Positions 1-9,240 of a stretch of 64,000 nt of DNA are shown here, one piece after another. A model generated the notes under the pieces. That model was not told where the DNA came from. It saw nothing but the letters and a program-made list of their open reading frames with translations, and searched no databases. The stretch is from Candidatus Desulfopertinax cowenii (GTDB taxonomy: Bacteria; Bacillota; Desulfotomaculia; Desulfotomaculales; Desulforudaceae). The DNA lies in contig MPOA01000001.1 of NCBI GenBank assembly GCA_001899445.1, positions 148,564-212,563 of the forward strand. The letters are read 5' to 3'. Within the stretch, counting starts at the first letter, position 1, and each line of letters opens with the position of its first letter. Both the position numbers and the translations under genes were made by a program.

Positions 1-972
1 GCCCAGGTCTTGAATCATTTGCCGGAGATGGAAGACGCCAAATTACTGGTCGGCATTGAAACCTCCGACGATGCGGGTGTTTACCTGATCAATGAAGAAA
101 CAGCGCTTTTGCATACCGTCGATTTCTTTACCCCGATCGTGGATGACCCGCGGCGCTTTGGTCAGATCGCGGCCGCGAACGCCCTGAGCGACATCTACGC
201 CATGGGCGGCCAGCCATTGACGGCAATGAACATCATCTGCTACCCCACCAGGGAGGGAAACCTGGAAGTCCTGGCCCAGATCCTGATGGGCGGCGCCGAA
301 AAAGTCAAGGAAGCCGGGGCGCTGATCGTGGGCGGGCACAGTGTGGAGGACAAGGAACCTAAGTACGGCCTGGCGGTCACCGGAGTTGTCGCCCCCGACC
401 AGCTCGTGCGCAACAGCACCGCCCGCCCGGGAGACCGACTGGTGCTCACCAAGCCTCTGGGTACCGGCATCGTTACTTCGGCGGTGAAAGCGAAAATGGT
501 ACCGCCCGGACTCGAAGAGGCGGTGAGTGCCCAGATGGCGGCCCTAAACGACCGGGCGGCGCGGGCAATGCGGGAGGCCGGGCCGTCGGCTTGCACCGAC
601 GTCACCGGGTTCGGCCTGTTAGGACACGCCATGGAAATGGCCCGGGGCAGCGGGGTCGGACTCATCTTCGAGGCCGCCGCACTACCGCTTATCGAACGCG
701 CCCCGGAGTATGCCTCGCTGGGACTGATTCCCCGCGGGGCCCATGCCAACCGCTGCTTTATCGGGGATGACGTATCATTTGAAGCAGGCGTACCCCTGGC
801 CATCCAGGACATCATGTTCGACCCGCAGACCTCGGGCGGCCTGTTGATCGCCGTTCCGGAGGTCCGACTGCAAACCCTGATGGACAAGCTGGCGGAATAC
901 GGGGTGCGGGAAGCCCGGGTGATCGGCCGCATCACCGACGAAATCCCCGCTGGGAAAATCCTGGTCCGCTAA
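1..972 (+). CDS. selD: Selenide, water dikinase (selenophosphate synthetase), 5'-truncated by the window edge
   Basis: The reading frame is open from base 1. It is collinear with E. coli SelD from about residue 40 (LLVG.ET.DDA.VY, TVDFFTPIVDDP..FG.IAA.NA.SDI.AMGG, GGHS, TDVTGFGLLGH, DPQTSGGLL). The N-terminal Cys/Sec active-site loop lies outside the window. Confidence 0.92.
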   Translation, partial: AQVLNHLPEMEDAKLLVGIETSDDAGVYLINEETALLHTVDFFTPIVDDPRRFGQIAAANALSDIYAMGGQPLTAMNIICYPTREGNLEVLAQILMGGAEKVKEAGALIVGGHSVEDKEPKYGLAVTGVVAPDQLVRNSTARPGDRLVLTKPLGTGIVTSAVKAKMVPPGLEEAVSAQMAALNDRAARAMREAGPSACTDVTGFGLLGHAMEMARGSGVGLIFEAAALPLIERAPEYASLGLIPRGAHANRCFIGDDVSFEAGVPLAIQDIMFDPQTSGGLLIAVPEVRLQTLMDKLAEYGVREARVIGRITDEIPAGKILVR

Positions 973-1685
973 TAAATCATCTCACCATGGATAAAAGCCT
1001 TGGTCCGCTCATCCCGCGGGCTACGGAAAACACCCGCCGCCGGGCCATCCTCCACCACCCGGCCCTCGTGCACGAAAACCACCGTGTCGGCCAGACGCCG
1101 GGCCTGGAACACGTTGTGCGTCACTAGGATCACCGTAGTGCCCCGCCGGCTGCTGGCGCTCCGGATCAGTTCCTCGAACAACGCCACGTTTTGCGGGTCT
1201 AGGTTGGACGTCGGCTCGTCCAGGAGCAGAACGTCCGGCTCCAGGACCAGCGCCCGCGCCAGGGCCACCCGCTGCGCCTCCCCGCCGGACAGGGTGCGGA
1301 CCCGCTCTTTCTCTAGTTGTTCCAGGCCGACGGCCCGCAGGGTGTCCGTCACTTTCTTCCGTATTTCCGGACCCCGGACCCCGCGTACCCGGAGGCCGTA
1401 GGCCACGTTATCATACACCGTACCGTCAAACAGGACCGGCTTCTGGAACACCGTAGCCATCCGGCGCTGCAGTTCCAGGCGTGGGCGGTGACGGTTCACG
1501 TCTCGTCCCCGGTACAGGATCCGGCCGGCCGTAGGGGTCTCCAACATGTTGAGCAGCCGCAGCAGCGTACTCTTCCCCGCACCGCTGGGTCCCATCACAC
1601 CGTGGACCTGTCCCCCGGTCAAAGACAACCGGTCGACACGGAGCACCTCCCGGGTACCATACGTTTTGGTTACTCCTTCTAGCAC
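969..1685 (-). CDS. tupC: ABC transporter ATP-binding protein, tungstate-type (TupC-like)
   Basis: Walker A GPSGAGKST, signature LSGGEAQR and Walker B LLLDEPTS are present. It is the last gene of a binding-protein/permease/ATPase operon. Its stop overlaps the selD stop by 4 bp (convergent genes). Confidence 0.8.
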   Translation of the reverse strand: MLEGVTKTYGTREVLRVDRLSLTGGQVHGVMGPSGAGKSTLLRLLNMLETPTAGRILYRGRDVNRHRPRLELQRRMATVFQKPVLFDGTVYDNVAYGLRVRGVRGPEIRKKVTDTLRAVGLEQLEKERVRTLSGGEAQRVALARALVLEPDVLLLDEPTSNLDPQNVALFEELIRSASSRRGTTVILVTHNVFQARRLADTVVFVHEGRVVEDGPAAGVFRSPRDERTKAFIHGEMIY

Positions 1686-1698
1686 AAAAACGGGCTCG

Positions 1699-2373
1699 CT
1701 AATCCTGGGTCACCCCCTGGAGACGGTACAATAACGCATTGATCAGAAAAGCCAGGGCCAACAAGACCATGCCCAGCCCAATGGCCATCTCGAAATTGCC
1801 CCGTCTTGTTTCCAACACGATGGCGGTGGTCATCACCCGGGTCTGGCCCTCGATGTTGCCGCCCACCATCATCACCGCACCCACCTCGGCCAGTGCCCGC
1901 CCGAGGCCGGCCACAACCGCGCCGACAATGGCCACCCGGGCTTCCCGTATTACGGTCAGCGCCACCTGCCGGCCGTTTGCTCCCAGGGAAACCGCCGTAT
2001 CCCTGATCTCCCGGTCCTTGCCGCGCACCGCGGTCATGGTCAGGCCGGCCACGATCGGCAGGGCGAGCATCGTCTGGGCGATGACCATGGCCGCCGGCGT
2101 AAAGAGCAGGTCCAACACGCCGAAAGGCCCCTGGGAGGAAATCAGCAGGTACACCAAGAGGCCCACCAGGACGGGCGGCAGCCCCATGAAGGTATAAATA
2201 ATCAGGGCCGGCCAACGCACCCGGTGTGCCGGCCGCATTCCCAGCCAGGTCCCCAAGGGAATGCCGCCCAGGGCGGCCAGCAAAATGGCCAATCCGGACA
2301 CCTGCAACGACAGCCAAATAATCTGCATCATGGCTGGGTCGCGGTTCACCACCAGGACGAAGGCCTGGACCAT
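1699..2373 (-). CDS. tupB: ABC transporter permease (TupB-like)
   Basis: Polytopic membrane protein with a BPD-transporter-like loop, sitting between the TupA-like and TupC-like genes. The start is moved to the internal Met (MVQAF...) so that it does not overlap the tupA stop at 2387. Confidence 0.75.
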   Translation of the reverse strand: MVQAFVLVVNRDPAMMQIIWLSLQVSGLAILLAALGGIPLGTWLGMRPAHRVRWPALIIYTFMGLPPVLVGLLVYLLISSQGPFGVLDLLFTPAAMVIAQTMLALPIVAGLTMTAVRGKDREIRDTAVSLGANGRQVALTVIREARVAIVGAVVAGLGRALAEVGAVMMVGGNIEGQTRVMTTAIVLETRRGNFEMAIGLGMVLLALAFLINALLYRLQGVTQD

Positions 2374-2386
2374 TCCGTCCCAGATG

Positions 2387-3244
2387 CTACCACTTCCCTT
2401 GCCGAACAGGGTGGGCGTTGGGCACGAACAGCCGTTCGCCGCCCCGCTCAAACCGGGCGATGAGTTCCTGGCCTTCCCCGGAGATCATAAAATCGATTAG
2501 GGCCGCCGCGCCTTGATGGTTGATGCGGGGGTGCTTTTCGGGATTCACGGCCATCACCCCGTACTGGTTGAACAGAACCGGATCCCCTTCCAACACAATT
2601 TTCAGGTCCAGCCGGTCCTTCATCGCCACCCAGGTACCGCGGTCGGCCAGCGTATACCCCTGCATTTCGCCGGCTATGCGCAGCGTATCACCCATCCCCT
2701 GGCCCACGGACCGATACCACGCGCCATGCGGTTCGATACCGGTTTGCCTCCAGATCGCAAGTTCGGCCCGGTGGGTGCCAGAATCGTCACCGCGGGAGAT
2801 GAATACCGCCCCGGCTTCCGCAATTTGCCGGAAAGCGGCCACCACGTCCCGGCCGCCCGCGATGCCCGCCGGGTCCGCCGGCGGCCCGACGAGTACAAAG
2901 TCGTTGTACATCACGTCGTGCCGGTCCACGAAATAACCCTGCCGGACCAATTCGAGCTCCTGCTCCCGCGAATGAACCAGCAGGACGTCGCAGTCCCCCC
3001 GTTTGCCGATTTCCAGCGCGGCACCGGTACCCACGGAAATGACCGACACTCGGTAGCCGTGTCTCTCTTCGAACACGGGAATAATCGCGTCCAGGAGGCC
3101 GGAATCATAAGTACTGGTAGTGGTAGCCAACCTAATCTCCCCGGCCCGGTGTTCCTTACCGGTGCCGCCGCACCCGGCGGCTAGCGCCAGAACCAGTAAC
3201 ACCGCCAGGACTAGATAACCCGTTTTCCCCCACCCTGTTTTCAA
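2387..3244 (-). CDS. tupA: Tungstate ABC transporter substrate-binding lipoprotein (TupA-like)
   Basis: Contains the TTTSTYDSGLLD motif (the TTTS anion-binding motif of the TupA family) and a lipobox, LALAAGC. The preferred start is TTG at 3244, with GGAGG 9 nt upstream. The ATG at 3307 would give a 46-aa pre-Cys leader. Confidence 0.8.
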   Translation of the reverse strand: MKTGWGKTGYLVLAVLLVLALAAGCGGTGKEHRAGEIRLATTTSTYDSGLLDAIIPVFEERHGYRVSVISVGTGAALEIGKRGDCDVLLVHSREQELELVRQGYFVDRHDVMYNDFVLVGPPADPAGIAGGRDVVAAFRQIAEAGAVFISRGDDSGTHRAELAIWRQTGIEPHGAWYRSVGQGMGDTLRIAGEMQGYTLADRGTWVAMKDRLDLKIVLEGDPVLFNQYGVMAVNPEKHPRINHQGAAALIDFMISGEGQELIARFERGGERLFVPNAHPVRQGKW

Positions 3245-3291
3245 GGCGCACAACCTCCGCAAATAAATCGGACCCGCTTGCCCCGGGGCAT
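3241..3291 (-). CDS. Candidate 16-codon upstream ORF (MPRGKRVRFICGGCAP) whose TGA overlaps the tupA TTG start (TTGA)
   Basis: AAGGAG lies 6 nt upstream of the ATG at 3291. The stop at 3241-3243 overlaps the TTG at 3242-3244. There is no homology evidence. Confidence 0.2.
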   Translation of the reverse strand: MPRGKRVRFICGGCAP

Positions 3292-3347
3292 AGAGACTCC
3301 TTTCCATGCGGAGGCAGAAATTCCTGCTTCGTGGGGAAGTAGGGATG

Positions 3348-6098
3348 CTACCGGCGCTTGGCCAGCGCTTCCGCCCGTTTGGCGATTACCACGCGCCGGA
3401 GAGCCTTTTCAGCCTCCACGGCTACAAGCACCGTAACCGCCACCGTGATCGCCACGGTCCAGTCGAACACGTTCAGCGGCACAGTCCGGAACACGAACTG
3501 GAGGGCCGGTACGTAAATGATGGCGATCTGGGCGATCACCGAAGCCACAACACCGAAGAAAAGGAAAGGATTCGACAAGAGCGGCATCCGGAGGATGGAC
3601 TCCGTTTCGGAGCGCACGTTGAACACGTTGAACAGCTGGAACAGTACAATGGTGGTCAGGGCGACGGTGCGGGCGTGCTCGATTGAGTAGCCTTGGTTTA
3701 GCGCCCACACGAACGTGAAAAGGGTGCCGGCGCCGATCACCACTCCGATGACCACCAGCCGTTCGACCATGAGCCGGGAGATCACCGGTTCTTTCCGTTT
3801 CCGCGGCCGCCGCTCCACGATGCCTTTTTCGCCTGGCTCAAAGGCTAGGGCGACGTCCTGGAGACCGTTGGTCGCCAGGTTCAGCCAGAGAATCTGCGCC
3901 GGCAACAGCGGCAGGGGTATAAACAGCATTAGCGCGGTGAGAATCAGGATGATCTGGGCCAAGCCGGTGGACAAGAGAAACAGGATCACCTTGCGGATAT
4001 TGTCGAACACGACCCGGCCTTCCTTGACGGCGGCGAAGATACTGGCGAAGTTGTCGTCGGTCACGATCATGTCCGAGGTTTCCTTGGCCGCGTCGGTGCC
4101 CCCCTTGCCCATGGCCACCCCAATGTGGGCGGCCTTCAGCGCCGGGGTATCGTTCACCCCGTCGCCGGTCACGGCTACCACTTCGCCCTGACGGATCAAC
4201 TGCTGCACAATACGGAGCTTGTGCAGGGGAGCCACCCGGGCAAAGATATTCACGTAGCGCACCTTTTGAAACAGTTCGTCATCGGACATTTCGTCCAGTT
4301 CCCGGCCCGTGAGCACAGGCACGTTTCCGCCCCCGACCATGCCTAGGCGGCGCGCGATGGCCACCGCCGTAACCTGATGATCGCCGGTGACCATGATCAC
4401 CCGCACCCCAGCCCTTTTCGCCTGGGCGATTGCCTGGAAAACCTCCTCCCGGGGCGGATCCATCATTCCCTGTAGTCCGATCAACGTGAGTCCCGATTCC
4501 AGGTTTTCCGGCTGTAACGCGGTAACCGTGTCCGGTTCCCGTCGGTAGGCCAGCGCCAGCACCCGAAGCCCGTCCTCGGCCATGCGCCGGTACTGTTCAA
4601 GGACTTGTTCCGGGTCCTCCAAGGGTGTCTCCTCGCCCCCGGGACCGGTCACCACCGCGGAACACATCTGCAGCACCCGCTCCGGAGCGCCCTTGACCAA
4701 AACCAGGTTTCCCCCGCCCTCCGGGTCGCGGTGCAGCGTGGCCGAGTACATCAGGTCCGATTCAAAGGGGATCTCGTCCAGTTTCGGGTATAGTTCGGCT
4801 TGGACCTCTGGGTCTAGACCAGCCTTGAGCGCTGCCACCATCAGGGCCACCTCGGTGGGGTCCCCCTGCGGGTAGTACCCTCGTTTCTCGTCAAAACCCA
4901 GGCGGGATTCATTGTTTAAAAGCCCGATGCGCAGGCACAGGGCAAGCGCCGGATGGCGCTTGAGTCTTACCGGTTCTTCGTCCGCGTCGACCAGATCCCC
5001 CTTCGGCTCAAAACCGGTGCCCGTCAAACGGTAGGTATTCCCGCCGACGGTAATCACTTGCACGGTCATTTCGTTCCTGGTCAGGGTCCCGGTTTTATCC
5101 GAAGCGATCACCGTGGTGGAGCCCAGTGTCTCCACGGCGGGCAGGCGGCGGATAATCGCGCGCCTGGCGGTCATCCGCTTGACCCCGATGGCGAAGGTGA
5201 TAGTCACCACCACCGGTAGGCCCTCCGGGATCACCCCCACGGCCAGGGCGATACCGGTCAGCACCATCTCAGGAAGCGGCCGGCCTAGCGCCAGGCCCAG
5301 CAACACGGCCACGCCGGAGATGGCCACGATGCCGTACCCCAGCCAGCGGCCGAACCGTCCGAGCTGCACCTGGAGCGGCGTGGGCGCCGGTTTCACCCGC
5401 TGCACCTGTTCGGAAATCTTACCCAACTCGGTGGCCGCCCCGGTGGCGGTCACCACGCCCTTACCCCTGCCGGACAGCACCAGGGTCCCCATGAAAGCCA
5501 TGTTGCGCAGATCCCCCAGGGCCGGGCGCTCCTCCCGGACCGGTTTCACGTCCTTGCGCACCCCCACGGACTCCCCGGTCAAAGCGGACTCGTTAACATC
5601 CAGCCGGGTCACCTCGAACAGGCGTAGGTCGGCGGGAACCCGGGCCCCTGAGGTCAGGGTAACCACGTCCCCCGGGACGAGCTGGCTGCTATCAACTTGG
5701 ATTTCCCGGCCGCCGCGGATCACGTGCGCCCGGGGCGCCGCTAGCACGGTCAGGGCACGGATGGCCTGCTCGGCACGCACCTCCTGGGTGAAGCCGATGA
5801 TCGCGTTGATGATCACTACGGCCAAAATGACCCACATATCAATGTAGTGCTGGATCAAGGCGGTGAAGGCGGCCGCCACCAGCAGGATGTAGATCAGGGG
5901 ATCGGTGAATTGGTGCAATAAAGCCTGCAGGGGGTTGAACCTGTCCTCGACGTCAAGGGTGTTGGGACCAGTTTCCCGGAGACGTCGGGCGGCTTCCTCC
6001 GGAGCAAGTCCACGGGGGCCGGAGTTCAATTCCCGGAAAACATCCTCCACTTCCCAGTGGTGAAACAGGTGGCTTTCCCCCCTTTCGCCCTGGTGCAC
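3348..6098 (-). CDS. P-type cation-transporting ATPase, P2 (Ca2+-ATPase, SERCA/PMCA-like)
   Basis: Carries DKTGTLT, the PEGLP transmembrane motif, TGDGVNDTPALK and about 10 TM segments over 916 aa. Confidence 0.9.
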   Translation of the reverse strand: MHQGERGESHLFHHWEVEDVFRELNSGPRGLAPEEAARRLRETGPNTLDVEDRFNPLQALLHQFTDPLIYILLVAAAFTALIQHYIDMWVILAVVIINAIIGFTQEVRAEQAIRALTVLAAPRAHVIRGGREIQVDSSQLVPGDVVTLTSGARVPADLRLFEVTRLDVNESALTGESVGVRKDVKPVREERPALGDLRNMAFMGTLVLSGRGKGVVTATGAATELGKISEQVQRVKPAPTPLQVQLGRFGRWLGYGIVAISGVAVLLGLALGRPLPEMVLTGIALAVGVIPEGLPVVVTITFAIGVKRMTARRAIIRRLPAVETLGSTTVIASDKTGTLTRNEMTVQVITVGGNTYRLTGTGFEPKGDLVDADEEPVRLKRHPALALCLRIGLLNNESRLGFDEKRGYYPQGDPTEVALMVAALKAGLDPEVQAELYPKLDEIPFESDLMYSATLHRDPEGGGNLVLVKGAPERVLQMCSAVVTGPGGEETPLEDPEQVLEQYRRMAEDGLRVLALAYRREPDTVTALQPENLESGLTLIGLQGMMDPPREEVFQAIAQAKRAGVRVIMVTGDHQVTAVAIARRLGMVGGGNVPVLTGRELDEMSDDELFQKVRYVNIFARVAPLHKLRIVQQLIRQGEVVAVTGDGVNDTPALKAAHIGVAMGKGGTDAAKETSDMIVTDDNFASIFAAVKEGRVVFDNIRKVILFLLSTGLAQIILILTALMLFIPLPLLPAQILWLNLATNGLQDVALAFEPGEKGIVERRPRKRKEPVISRLMVERLVVIGVVIGAGTLFTFVWALNQGYSIEHARTVALTTIVLFQLFNVFNVRSETESILRMPLLSNPFLFFGVVASVIAQIAIIYVPALQFVFRTVPLNVFDWTVAITVAVTVLVAVEAEKALRRVVIAKRAEALAKRR

Positions 6099-6210
6099 TC
6101 GGTGTTAGAGTATCTGAGCCCACCCAATAATATACGCGGCCCCAAAAACGTGGTCTTGTACCATCCGGGGACTAATAGCATTTAAACGAACGGAGCTATG
6201 GAGGCAACCG

Positions 6211-7554
6211 ATGGGAACAAAGACTATCCGGCCCAGAACGTTGTGGCTGGTACCGGTTATTCTATTGTTTCTGGGCCTGGTCTGGTGGCGGGAAATCATC
6301 CGGGTGAACCATTATCCGGACCACACTACCGTCAAGATCGTGTTTCTAGTACCGATGGACCCTGGTGACCTGGAAAGCAAACTGCACCTGGTTGCGGAAC
6401 AGCCCATGGTGATTCCCGATTATAAGGGCCGCTGGCTCAATCCTTTTACCCTGGTGGTGGAGATCCGCGAACCAGAACGTTTCCAGGGCCAGCAGCTGAC
6501 CGTCCGAATTGACCGGGCCGCCACCCGGATACCCTTTTTGAAAAAGTCGGCCACCGTCACCGTACGCCGTCCGATCCGGCCTGAGCTGTATCGCGTCGAC
6601 CCGGTGGTACCGTCCACGGGACCGTTGAAAATCTGTTTTAACACTCCCTTACAGCCCAAATCCGTAATGGGGAACATCCTGGTCACCCTGGACGGTAAAG
6701 CGGTGGACGGCAAACTGGAGCCGCGGCGCATCCCGGTCGGCGGTTCCGTGCTGGAAGACCGTGCCACCTGGCTGTTCCGGCCCACGAAACAGCTCCCACA
6801 CGATACCGACCTGGAACTGGTAATCCGTGGCGGATTAACCAGCGCCGGCGGCCTAGCGATGAATTCCGAGGCGCGGCGCACCGTCCGGACGGCCCCCGAA
6901 TTGCAGGTGGTCCGCACCAAACCCAGCCACGATGCCATCGGTGTCGATCTGCATCCAGAGATCCAGGCGGAGTTCAACCAGTCCCTGTCCTGGGGCTGGA
7001 TGGATATGGATGGTATTCAGGGGCGGGTTGAGGTCTGGGCAAATCACATCCAGTTTACGCCGCTCGAACCGCTGATGCCGGACCGCGAGTACACCGTACA
7101 CATCCGGGCTATTTCCCGGCTGGGCGAACAGGCCCGTACGGACTTGCGCTTCAAGACCCTGACCTTGGGAAATAAGATGTGGGTTGCGGTAGACCTGGAA
7201 GGGGAACACAACGTGACCATCTACCGGGGCAGTGAAGTGGTACGGGTATTCAAGGCCTCCGGCGGCAAAGTGACCTCTCCAACCCCCCTAGGCACCTATT
7301 TCCTTTACAACCGTGGCTACGCTTTCTGGAACCAGCGCCTGCAGGAAGGTGCTTATTACTGGGTGCAATTCTCCGGACCGTATCTGGTACACTCGGTCCC
7401 CTTCGACGATTCGGGGAAGCTGAAACAGGAAGAGCTGGGTAAGCTCGGACAGGCAGCCAGCCACGGGTGCATCCGGCTGAGCTTGGAGGACGCCAAATGG
7501 TTCTTCCACCACGTCCCCAACGGCACAATGATCGTGATTTACAACCAGCATTGA
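6211..7554 (+). CDS. L,D-transpeptidase (YkuD domain) with N-terminal signal anchor and Ig-like repeats
   Basis: The C-terminal catalytic motif HGCIRLSLEDAKW is present, with an N-terminal TM helix. GGAGG lies 6 nt upstream of the ATG. Confidence 0.85.
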   Translation: MGTKTIRPRTLWLVPVILLFLGLVWWREIIRVNHYPDHTTVKIVFLVPMDPGDLESKLHLVAEQPMVIPDYKGRWLNPFTLVVEIREPERFQGQQLTVRIDRAATRIPFLKKSATVTVRRPIRPELYRVDPVVPSTGPLKICFNTPLQPKSVMGNILVTLDGKAVDGKLEPRRIPVGGSVLEDRATWLFRPTKQLPHDTDLELVIRGGLTSAGGLAMNSEARRTVRTAPELQVVRTKPSHDAIGVDLHPEIQAEFNQSLSWGWMDMDGIQGRVEVWANHIQFTPLEPLMPDREYTVHIRAISRLGEQARTDLRFKTLTLGNKMWVAVDLEGEHNVTIYRGSEVVRVFKASGGKVTSPTPLGTYFLYNRGYAFWNQRLQEGAYYWVQFSGPYLVHSVPFDDSGKLKQEELGKLGQAASHGCIRLSLEDAKWFFHHVPNGTMIVIYNQH

Positions 7555-7593
7555 CCCGGAGTATTATTATAGTTGGTTAAGGAGAAGCGTGAA

Positions 7594-8382
7594 ATGGAGA
7601 ACAAAAACCAAGCCGTGGTTTCCCTGGAAGCAGTATGCGTAACTATCCGGGGGGTCCAGATCCTGAAAAACATCAGCCTCGAGGTAACCAAAGGGTCTTT
7701 CGCGGCCGTAATCGGGCCCAACGGGGCCGGGAAGACGACCCTGGTCCGGGTAATCTTGGGCCTCGTCCGGCCGGATTCCGGTACCGTACGTCTGTTCGGC
7801 AGGTCGCCGGCGGGACCGCAGAACCGAAAGCACCTGGTCGGATACCTGCCCCAGCGGCAGCAGTTCGACCCAGGATTCCCGGTTTCCGCCCACGACGTAG
7901 CCATGATGGGCCGGGTAGGCTGTATCGGCCTGTGCCGGTTCCCGTCGCGGGCCGACAAGGACGCTGTCACCGAAACCCTGCGCCGAATCGGGTTGCGGGA
8001 TGAACTGATTAGCAAACCGATCGGTGAACTTTCGGGCGGACAGCAGCAACTGGTGTTCCTGGCCCGGGCGCTATGCAGTCACACGCGGCTTTTAATCCTG
8101 GACGAACCGACCAACGGGCTGGATCTGATGGCCCAGCGTACCTTTTACCGGGTGGTGCGGGAGCTGCAGCGTGACCTGGGCCTAACCATCCTGGTGGTGT
8201 CCCACGACATCTCTACCCTGGCTGCTTGCGCCGACCGAATGCTTTGCCTGAACGGCACCATATACGCCGTGGGCGGCACCCGGGAGGTGCTCTCCAGTCC
8301 ACGGCTGGCCGAAGCCTACGGCGGCACTTTGTCTTTAGATCAACACCTGCGGGAGAAAAGCAATGGATATTCTGGCTTATGA
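7594..8382 (+). CDS. Metal (Zn/Mn) ABC transporter ATP-binding protein (ZnuC/TroB family)
   Basis: Walker A GPNGAGKTT, signature LSGGQQQ and Walker B LILDEPT are present. The start is set at ATG 7594, which has AAGGAG upstream. The ORF track's TTG at 7573 overlaps that RBS. Confidence 0.85.
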   Translation: MENKNQAVVSLEAVCVTIRGVQILKNISLEVTKGSFAAVIGPNGAGKTTLVRVILGLVRPDSGTVRLFGRSPAGPQNRKHLVGYLPQRQQFDPGFPVSAHDVAMMGRVGCIGLCRFPSRADKDAVTETLRRIGLRDELISKPIGELSGGQQQLVFLARALCSHTRLLILDEPTNGLDLMAQRTFYRVVRELQRDLGLTILVVSHDISTLAACADRMLCLNGTIYAVGGTREVLSSPRLAEAYGGTLSLDQHLREKSNGYSGL

Positions 8383-9199
8383 GTTTATGCAACGGGCCTT
8401 TGTCGCCGGAATCCTGGCCGGAGTTTTGTGCTCTTGCGTTTCCCTTTTCGTAGTGCTGCAGAGAATGGCCTTCGTGGGCGTGGGCGTCTCCCACTCCGCC
8501 CTCGGCGGGATCGCCATCGGGGTGCTCCTGGGGATCAACCCGGTGTTCTCGGCCGCCGTTTTCTGCACCTTGGTGGCGTGGGCGATCGGCCTGGTAAGCA
8601 AGAAAGGGCGGCTGCACGAGGATACCGTCATCGGAGTGTTCTTCAGCGCCAGCATGGCCTTGGGCATCGCCCTGATCAGCCTGGCACCGGGCTACCAACC
8701 AGAACTGTTCGGTTTCCTGTTCGGGAACATCCTGGCGGTCACCAAGGCGGACCTAGTCCTGCTGGCCGCCGCCGGGACGGTGATCCTGCTGTTCCTGGTC
8801 CTCTTTTTAAAGGAACTCCTGTTCGTCTGTTTCGATGAAGAGTCGGCCCGGGCGGCGGGGATTCCGGTCAGCTTTCTCTACTTCGCCCTGCTCACGGCAA
8901 TCGCCGTCACCGTGGTGGTCAGTGTGAAGATCCTGGGGATCGTCCTGGCCTCGGCGTTGCTGGTGATCCCAGCGATCACCGGCTACGAAACCTGCCGTAA
9001 CTTCCGGGGTATGTTGGTAGTATCGGTGTGCTGCGGGGTATTCTCCGCCGTGGCCGGGCTGTGGCTGTCCTACCTCCTGAACTTGCCCTCGGGTGCGACC
9101 ATCGTGCTCTGCGCAACTTCCCTGTTTTTTCTCGCCTTTCTCGTTTCGCCCCGCCGCGGCCGGTTGCAGCGGATCTTAACTGCTCTTGGAAGAAGCTGA
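8363..9199 (+). CDS. Metal ABC transporter permease (ZnuB/TroC family)
   Basis: A 278-aa polytopic ABC-3 type permease, translationally overlapped with the upstream ATPase gene. Confidence 0.85.
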   Translation: MDILAYEFMQRAFVAGILAGVLCSCVSLFVVLQRMAFVGVGVSHSALGGIAIGVLLGINPVFSAAVFCTLVAWAIGLVSKKGRLHEDTVIGVFFSASMALGIALISLAPGYQPELFGFLFGNILAVTKADLVLLAAAGTVILLFLVLFLKELLFVCFDEESARAAGIPVSFLYFALLTAIAVTVVVSVKILGIVLASALLVIPAITGYETCRNFRGMLVVSVCCGVFSAVAGLWLSYLLNLPSGATIVLCATSLFFLAFLVSPRRGRLQRILTALGRS

Positions 9200-9240
9200 A
9201 CAAGGAAAAAAGATAACAGCTCTTTTTGATTTGGATAGGG

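Noticed and set aside
3245-3307. The ATG at 3307 as the tupA start, as given by the ORF track.
   Set aside because: It would put 46 residues in front of the lipobox Cys, and it lies inside the putative RBS-sequestering motif. The TTG at 3244, with GGAGG upstream, gives a normal 25-residue lipoprotein signal.
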